This document shows positions 56,601-64,000 of a DNA stretch of 64,000 nt, piece after piece (the first letter of the stretch is position 1; each line of letters starts with the position of its first letter). Origin of the DNA: Antedon mediterranea. Its lineage: Eukaryota > Animalia > Echinodermata. The DNA is taken from NCBI RefSeq assembly GCF_964355755.1, contig NC_092670.1, positions 38,552,388 to 38,616,387 of the forward strand, given 5' to 3'. The notes under the pieces are model-generated. The model was not told the origin of the DNA and ran no database searches. It saw only the letters and a list, made by a program, of their open reading frames with translations. The position numbers and the translations under genes were made by a program.

Positions 56601-59600
56601 GAATTGCCTGGTTTTGATTTTACTTGAAATACAATTTTCCCTCCTTTTCTGTTTTATACAGACATCCGAATCTTGTGGTGACGCTCCAGATGTCGGCGAC
56701 CCCTGCGAAGATAATCCTCACCGTAAACCATGGTCTCAACGCAAATGTAGCATTATTAAATCAAATACATTTAAAGAATGTCACAACCTTGTGCCGTACG
56801 AAGAATATTACACAAAGTGTATGTACGACGCATGTGGATGTGATAGTGGCGGTGACTGTGAGTGTCTTTGTATCGCCATTGCGGCCTATGCACAGGCTTG
56901 TAACGAGCAGGATGTACCAATAAAATGGCGCTCCCAAGAACTATGTCGTGAGTATTTTTATTGTATGTTATTGAAAGATTCGGAATCAAATAGTCACAAA
57001 ATGTCACTTTATTGCACATCGTGTTTCTGTTGTTTTAGAACATCACATTTAAATACTGAGCTTACTATGCTATCTGTATAACAACCTGTACATTTCTCTC
57101 TACAGCAATTCAATGTGAAGGTTGTTTCACCTATGACCCATGTGTGTCAATTTGTGATAGTTGTGGATATACCGATAACCGTGATAGAGATGGCCATTGT
57201 GAAGACACATGTGTAGAGGGTTGTAAATGCCCAGATGGCGAATACTTTGATGATGGAGAATGTGTGAAGACTTGTCCAGAGCCTACTACTTTGCCAACAA
57301 CAACGATAACCACCACCACCATACCAACGACTACAAAAGAATCGACCACAAAAGAATCGACCACAATGAAACCAACAACCACGCAACCAACTACTGCAGA
57401 ACCAACAACTACACAATCGACAATCGTAGATCAAACAACCACAAGATCAACAACTGCAGAACCACCAAGTACTGTGATTTCGACAACCACTGAATCAACA
57501 ACAGAAATTGTCACTGTTACTTACCCCGATGTCTCGACAGAGGCCTCAACTACTTCATCTAAGCCTCCTCCTCCTCCTCGACATAGTACGACTTTAGAGT
57601 CGACTACTGCTAAAGTCACAACTCCTGAGCCACCGACCACTGCAGAATCGACAACAACCAAACCAACGACGTCGGTGACAACGGCTGAATCAACGACAAC
57701 GGCTGAGCCAACGACATCAGTGACAACGGCTAAACCAACGACAACGGCTGAGCCAACAACATCAGTGACAACGGCTAAGCCAACGACATCGGTGACAACG
57801 GCTGAACCAACGACATCGGTGACAACGGCTGAACCAACGACATCTGTGACAACAGCCGAGCCAACGACATCGGTGACAACGGCCGAGTCAACTACCACTG
57901 TTACGACTAAACCGACTACAACGGAGACAACCACAGTAACCACAAAATGTGTACCGCAGCCAACAAAGAGTAGGTTTAATGATTTTGTTTTATGGTTTGT
58001 GTATTTCACCAGATAACTTAAACGTCCTACTCCAATGCATGCAATATTCATCCATGTTGTGTTTCAGTTTGGTAAAGATTATATTTTTATTGTGACTATT
58101 GACATAACCTGTATTGTGTTCAATTAAATATTTAGTGTGTTGGACTGATTGGTTTAATGATGAGGGACCAGGAGATAAAATTACACCATTCGATGAAGGG
58201 GAATTTGAGCTTCTTGCCGACTTGCGTAAGGTATACCCAATCTGTGAAAACCCAGCCGACATCGAATGTACGTTTGCATACGACCCTTACTACCCGGCAT
58301 CAGAGACGGGTCAAGAACTAGAATGCAGAGCTGATCTTGGATTAACGTGCTTGAATGATTTTCCGATTCAAACGTGTTACGATTATCGAGTACGTTTTTC
58401 ATGTCCGTGCCCCGATCAGCCACCTACATGCGAACTAGACCATTCCACTGTGACGGAACCGACAACGTCGGTACCAACGACAATCGTTCCGACAACAAAG
58501 GAGCACACAACACAGTGTATCGAAACACCAATCGGTAGGTCGTCTGTTTTTTTTTGTCTTTCTGAAACTGAAATTAAATGTGGGCGAATGACATTCCTTG
58601 AGTGTGCATATCTTGAGTGTGTATATACATGGAATAGACAGCTTCTTAATTAGACTTTACCGTCCAATGGACTGGTACCATCTGAATTCATGATGACCTC
58701 TCTGTGACTTGATAGTGAAATTGGTCTAAATAATACATTGTTAAAAAAAATATAAATTAAAAGATGACGGTGTGTGTTTTGGTCAAATCGTTTAGGACGA
58801 GATAGAGTAATACGTTTTGGGTTAGTGTTATTATTACATAGATTCTGATTTGTTACAGAATGCTGGACCGACTGGATGAACGATGAAAATGGCAATAAAG
58901 TACCGGACTCTGCTCTTGGAGAATTTGAGCTTCTGGATGAACTTCAAAAGGATTATCAATTCTGTGACAATCCTTCTGCTATAGAATGTCGTGTTGCATC
59001 AGAACCGAACTGGTCTTATTACCGCACGGGACAGGAAGTCGAATGTAATTTAGAAACTGGGCTAACATGTTATCATTCCTCAAATGAATCTTGCTATGAT
59101 TATGAAATAAGGGTTAGATGCGAATGTGAAGACCAACCATTCCCAATATGTTCAACAACAGCAGCTCTAACTACTGAAAGCGCTACAACTGTACGTTCAA
59201 CGACTAAGGGACGTACAACCGATGTAAAAAATGATGATCGTACTACTACCTCTCGCGTGTTTACACCACCACGTGAATCAACCACTGAAGTTGATCACAC
59301 AACAGCTGAATCATCAACAGAAAGGTCAACAGTTGTTGTAACGTACGAGTCAAGTACAGCCGCTGAGTCAACCACAACATTAGAACCAACCACGCTTGAA
59401 TCAACAACAAATACACCAACTACAACTTCCACAACCCCTCGACAAACAACAACACCACACGAAACAACTGAAGAACCAACAACCCCAGAGACAACTACGC
59501 TTAAAGTAACAACAAGTAAACAAACTACACCTCATGAGACTTCTGAAGAACCAACAACCCCAGAGTCAACAACTGCTCCAAAAACTACAAAAGAAAGTAC

Positions 59601-62600
59601 AACCGTTCAACCAACGACTGAATTGAAACAAACAACAGCTGAATCTACAACAGAAGAGTCAACAACGGGAACAGTTGTTGTAACGTACGAGTCAAGTACA
59701 GCCGCTGAGTCAACAACAACATTAGAACCAACCACGCTTGAATCAACCACAAATACACCAACTGAAACTACCACAACTCCCCGAAAAACAACAACACCAC
59801 ACGAAACAACTGAAGAGCCAACAACCCCAGAATCGACTCCACCTTCAGTAACAACAAGTAAACAAACAACACCTCATGAGACTTCTGAAGAACCAACAAC
59901 CCCAGAGTCAACAACTGCTCCAAAAACTACAAAAGAAAGTACAACCGTTCAACCAACGACTGAATTGGAACAAACTACAGCTGAATCCACAACAGAAGAG
60001 TCAACAACGGGAACAGTTGTTGTAACATACGAGTCAAGTACAGCCGCTGAGTCAACAACAACATTAGAACCAACCACGCTTGAATCAACCACAAATACAC
60101 CAACTACACCTCCCACAACCCCTCGAAAAACAACAACACCACACGAAACAACTGAAGAGCCAACAACCCCAGAGTCAACAACTGCACCAAAAACTACAAA
60201 AGAAAGTACAACCGTTCAACCAACCACTGAATTTGAACAAACAACAGCTGAATCGTCAACAGAAGAGTCAACAACAACATTAGAACCAACTACGCTTGAA
60301 TCAACCACAAATACACCTCCCACAACACCTCGAAAAACAACAACACCCCACGAAACATCTGAAGAACCAACAACCCCAGAATCAACGACACCTTCGAAAA
60401 CTACAAAAGAAAGTACAACTGTTCAACCAACGACTGAATTTAAACAAACAACAGCTGAATCGTCTACAGAAGAGTCAACAACCACATTAAAACCAACCAC
60501 GCTTGAATCAACAACAAATACACCTCCCACAACTCCTCGAAAGACAACAACACCACACGAGACTTCAGAAGAACCAACAACCCCAGAGTCAACAACTGCT
60601 CCAAAAACTACAAAAGAAAGTACAACCGTTCAACCAACGACTGAATTGGAACAAACAACAGCTGAATCCACAACAGAAGAGTCAACAACGGGAACAGTTG
60701 TTGTAACGTACGAGTCAAGTACAGCCGCTGAGTCAACAACAACATTAGAACCAACCACGCTTGAATCAACCACAAATTCACCAACTGAACCTCCCACAAC
60801 TCCCCGAAAAACAACAACACCACACGAAACAACTGAAGAACCAACAACCCCAGAATCAACGACACCTTCAGTAACAACAAGAAAACAAACTACGCCTCAC
60901 GAGACTTCTGAAGAGCCAACAACCCCAGAGTCAACAACAGCTCCAAAAACAACAAAAGAAAGTACAACTGTTCAACCAACCACTGAAGTTGATCACACCA
61001 CAGCTGAATCATCAACAGAAATGTCAACAACAGGAACAGTTGTTGTAACGTACGAGTCAAGTACTGCCGTTGAGTCAACAACAACATTAGAACCAACCAC
61101 TATCGAATCAACAACAAACACACCAACTACACCTCCCACAACTCCTCGAAAGACAACACCGCACGAAACATCTGAAGAACCAACAACCCCAGAATCAACG
61201 ACACCTACAGTAACAACAAGGAAACAAACGACACCTCATAAAACATCTGAAGAACCAACAACCCCAGAATCAACGACAGTTGTTCAACCAACAACTGAAT
61301 CAAGTACAACTCATCTTACAACCGAACCAACCACTACTACCGTTGTGACAACTCAGCCCATAGTGACGTCATTACCAGATGGTGCCTGTAAGTCAAACTT
61401 AAATTATAATTTTTTCTTTTGACTGTCGATCGAAACCAATAGCCCCATAATATGGCCTAGGCTACACAAATTACAATAGTAAAAAAACTGTAAAAGTTTT
61501 CTAAATTCATTAAATGTCTTTAAAGGTGAATGCAGTGGATATGGTGACCCGCATTACTTTACTTTCGATGGTAAATCATATGATCACCAGGGCAACTGCA
61601 CATATATCCTTTCACGTGATGCGTCACCAGAACACCAGTACACTGTATACATTCACAACGAAGAGTGCGCAAATTTCCCAGGTACCACTTGTCCCGAATC
61701 GATGACAGTTCTTTACAAAAATTATACGATTGTTATGCAACATGACTTTGAGGTAATTTTCCTTTTTTTTTAAATTATTATTTTGGCTCGCAGTACAGAC
61801 CTATCACAGCAAGCAAAGATAAAACTATATGTTTTTCTTAATTTCATTTAATTTATTTGGTCTCAAAACAAACAAAAAATATACGAGTAGATTACAAACG
61901 GTGAACTAAATGAAAGCCGCAACCGATCATTAAAAATTCTTTAAACAATCTATAAAAATGTCTTTTTTAAACAAGACAATTGCTCTACAGGTAATAAAAT
62001 GCATTTAGATAAGTCTAGGAATGAATATTACAATTTACCAAAAACTGCAACACATTCTCTTAATCATCATTTTTATACTTCTGTTAGTTTAACGTTAGTG
62101 GAAATGTAGTGTATGCTCCTGCATATTTCGATGGAATTGAGTTGCGTCAAAATGGTCTCAAAATGATGGTAATTGTTGCTGCAATTGGTTTAGAGGTTCG
62201 ATTTGAACCACTGTCTCCGCGATATTTTCGTGTGGTTGTTTCTGCTCAATTGTTTTGGAATAACACAGAAGGATTATGCGGTAAGAAATACATCAATTCC
62301 TTCTGCCCTCAATTTAAAGAATAGGGCACTTACTTCTGTCCACTACGCTTTTCCGGTGTAGGCTGCAGTCCTTGTCTACGTCCAACACCCTAACTTGTTT
62401 CTTTCCACACTTGGAAAAAAAGTGCTTACATTTTCAACAATAAAATAATAATTATTCATTATTTAATTGTGTTTCTTAATCTTAAATGAAGCCCAACAGC
62501 AGATGTCTGGCGAATCTTCTCCGGGATCCTGGTGTTAGGATATTGTGATGATGGAACATTAATCATGTCCTTTATCGACTGAGTCTATTCTATCTCTATT

Positions 62601-64000
62601 CTTTTTCTATGTCACCTACTGTATTTTCTGTTTATAATATGAATTATTTATAATAATTTATTCTTTATCAGGTCTATGTAATAATATCACAGAGGATGAT
62701 TTCATCTCACGTGAAGGCAAAGTGATTTCTGATCCGTTTGAGTTCGGTTACGAATGGCTTGAGTCTGTAAACGGTGATGAAGCCCACTGCATTCCACAAG
62801 TGAAACCAACTCAATGTATCCCCAGCCAGGAGATTATCGATTGGTGTGGTAACATGAATTCAACCGTGTTCCAATCATGTCATCCATACGTGGATCCACG
62901 AGAATACTTCAAGACCTGTATTCGAGACAATTGCGCAGAAGGATTTCCAGGAAATTGCTGGGCCTTTGAAAGTTATGCTGAGGAATGTAGTGGATTGAAA
63001 GTGTGTATTCCTTGGCGATCAGACGATTTTTGTCGTAAGTGATTTATCTTCTACTTGATAAACATTATAGGAAACGACTTCTAATTGTTTTCCCTTGCAT
63101 ATGTACATTTCTTACAGTCATTCTTCAACAGAACATTATTTGATTTATATGGTCTTTTCCTTTTTAGCTGAAACATGTCCAGATGGCCTAGTGTACCGTC
63201 AATGCAACTGTCCAATACCTGAGGTCGATAGCTGCTCATCCTGGGAAGAATTTGACTGTCCTCTTGATCCGATAGCTGGCTGTTTTTGTCCTGAAGGTAC
63301 CGTTCCCGATGGAACTCATCCAAGTAATATGACCTGTATTCCCTGTGAAGGTATTATTTTACATATTTATCTACTGTTCTAACAAACGATGATAGGTTTC
63401 CCAAAAGTGCCTTTACAAATAAGCTTTCTCTCGGATGCAATACATTGACTTTATGCAAGACAACAAGACAATCAATGTTTCCGCATTTTGATGATAGGTT
63501 TCCCAAAAGTACCTTTACAAATAAACTTTCTCTCGGATGCAATACATTGATTTTATGCAAGACAACAAGACAATCAATGTTTCCACATTTTATACTGTGA
63601 TGACGCTAGTTACTATCCGTTATGCATGAATAATTTCTAGAATTATTACGTAATGCATAACGTTATAAATTACGTAGTAAGCTGGGTACTCATTGTTCAC
63701 AGACCAGTGGCTCGGTGATGCACTTGAAACAGGCCATCGTTGTTGTAAATAAATTACAAATGAATTTAACTTGATGTAATTATATTGCCAGACCTATACC
63801 TGTCAAATAATACTAAACAGCATAATAGCACTAAGATTGTGATTTTGTCTGGATTACTGTAATTAATATTCAATTCAATGACTTATGACATGTAGAATTA
63901 ACAAAATAATGAACATAATGAACTATGAACTATGAACTATAATGTCTAATTATAACCGTTATATATGTTCAGTTACTCCACCACCAACAATACCAACAAC
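40815..64000 (+). CDS. Gene B: gel-forming mucin-like protein (D1 with FAMeT-like insert, D2, D', D3, PTS/CysD, D4...), 3' end outside the window
   Basis: Exons, all GT-AG and phase-consistent: 40815-40888, 41885-41940, 44575-44646, 44888-45430, 46103-46537, 46784-46950, 47083-47239, 47492-47723, 48218-48267, 48422-48735, 49138-49282, 49537-49704, 50937-51104, 51460-51700, 52498-52779, 54276-54325, 54810-55007, 55529-55713, 56123-56230, 56662-56947, 57106-57969, 58136-58534, 58859-61387, 61526-61752, 62088-62280, 62672-63034, 63168-63350, 63973 onward. Confidence 0.88.
42020..42225 (-). mobile_element. L2/CR1-like LINE 3' end remnant
   Basis: The minus strand gives PIPIRQCAILMSFKTH...FQQAF-like ORF2 C-terminal residues and a cagcgctttgaga...acgctatttata tail. 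Confidence 0.5.
44888..45430 (+). CDS. Gene B exon 4: VWD1
   Basis: TCSTWGQSHYNTFDGQIYTFPGYCEY...TCGLCGIYNDDPTDDF. Confidence 0.93.
46103..46537 (+). CDS. Gene B exon 5: farnesoic acid O-methyltransferase-like (Methyltransf_FA) domain
   Basis: FEVRAYSDVYISLS...YEIVIGGTNDTRSEIKR...FWIKLENGRISVG...PFMFWTDANPLSIRYLGYSTG match the recalled family motifs; 435 nt, phase 1-1. Confidence 0.82.
46784..48267 (+). CDS. Gene B exons 6-9: C8-TIL-E of D1
   Basis: CNQLMSAPFNSCHS/VVDVNPYVYACEEDLC...SWRSDDLC; TIL YDSCGGSCPATC...; E module CTCKGGLWTDCT. Confidence 0.88.
48422..54325 (+). CDS. Gene B exons 10-16: D2 assembly and D' (TIL'-E')
   Basis: CWASGDPHYRTFD, TCGLCGTYTNKQNDDF, C8 ACHDVVDPAPYYDNCLYDVC, and TIL domains. 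Confidence 0.88.
48918..49063. mobile_element. MITE family 1 copy
   Basis: TIRs and core match. Confidence 0.8.
49350..49511. mobile_element. MITE family 1 diverged copy
   Basis: gtctacactattaaactagttt ... tttgatagtgtaga. Confidence 0.7.
49824..50998 (+). repeat. Intronic tandem duplication (about 340-bp unit) containing partial copies of gene B exon 13
   Basis: ttgctagtaaataatgaagaagattgtgagatt at about 49926, 50258, 50418 and 50760; exon-13 5' copies at 50100 and 50594. Confidence 0.85.
51240..51340. mobile_element. MITE family 1 partial copy
   Basis: Core gtgatgtgcccaaatatggtagtgat...gtcacataaagtttgata. Confidence 0.65.
54631..54747. mobile_element. MITE family 2 copy
   Basis: TIRs AGCTTGGTTCACACTAG / CTAGTGGGAACCAAGCT. 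Confidence 0.7.
54810..57290 (+). CDS. Gene B exons 17-21 (5' part): D3 assembly
   Basis: TCVAWGDPHYETFDG, LGGLCGTYNGNQEDDF, CMYDACGCDSGGDCECLCIAIAAYAQAC, TIL. Confidence 0.9.
55129..55452. mobile_element. Non-autonomous DNA transposon with TTAA target duplication (Kolobok-like termini)
   Basis: TTAA|AGATGTATTGTCCCCC ... GGGGGACAATACATCT|TTAA. Confidence 0.7.
55795..56060 (+). mobile_element. tRNA-derived SINE
   Basis: A-box-like TGACTTGGTGG, B-box-like GGTTCCAGTCC and an A-rich tail; second copy at about 16835-17020. Confidence 0.65.
57280..61387 (+). CDS. Gene B: PTS domains with two CysD domains (exons 21-23)
   Basis: Thr/Ser/Pro/Glu-rich repeats (TTSVTTAEP; TTPHETSEEPTTPESTT) with CWTDWFNDEG and CWTDWMNDENG CysD domains. 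Confidence 0.92.
61526..63350 (+). CDS. Gene B exons 24-27: D4 assembly (VWD-C8-TIL)
   Basis: CECSGYGDPHYFTFDG, TEGLCG/LCNNITEDDF, C8 SCHPYVDPREYFKTC...PWRSDDFC, TIL. Confidence 0.9.
63388..63592. repeat. 102-bp tandem duplication (2 copies), intronic
   Basis: gatgataggtttcccaaaagt at 63388 and 63490. Confidence 0.85.

Overview
AT-rich eukaryotic (animal, probably marine invertebrate; taxon cannot be fixed from the sequence) genomic DNA carrying two tandem, intron-rich, + strand genes of the gel-forming mucin / von Willebrand factor family, reconstructed by hand from GT-AG junctions and intron phases. Gene A (5555-38584, 37 exons, about 5,990 aa, complete) reads: signal peptide, TIL-E, VWD-C8-TIL-E, TIL'-E', VWD-C8-TIL, a Tyr/Trp/Phe-rich micro-exon, 16 exon-encoded CysD (WxxW) domains separated by acidic Ser-Gly (proteoglycan-like) or Gly/Ser/Thr linkers instead of normal PTS domains, a degenerate C8, TIL and a C-terminal cystine knot. 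It lacks VWD1-C8 and VWD4. Gene B (40815 to beyond 64000, at least 28 exons, 3' incomplete) has the full D1-D2-D'-D3 / PTS-CysD / D4 layout, with a farnesoic-acid-O-methyltransferase-like (Methyltransf_FA) domain exon inserted inside D1 and GDPH autocleavage motifs in three VWD domains. Introns and flanks hold many MITEs, SINE/LINE remnants, minisatellites and a duplication that creates decoy splice acceptors. Most long ORFs in the supplied track that are antisense to or out of frame with the repeats are shadows of the repeats.
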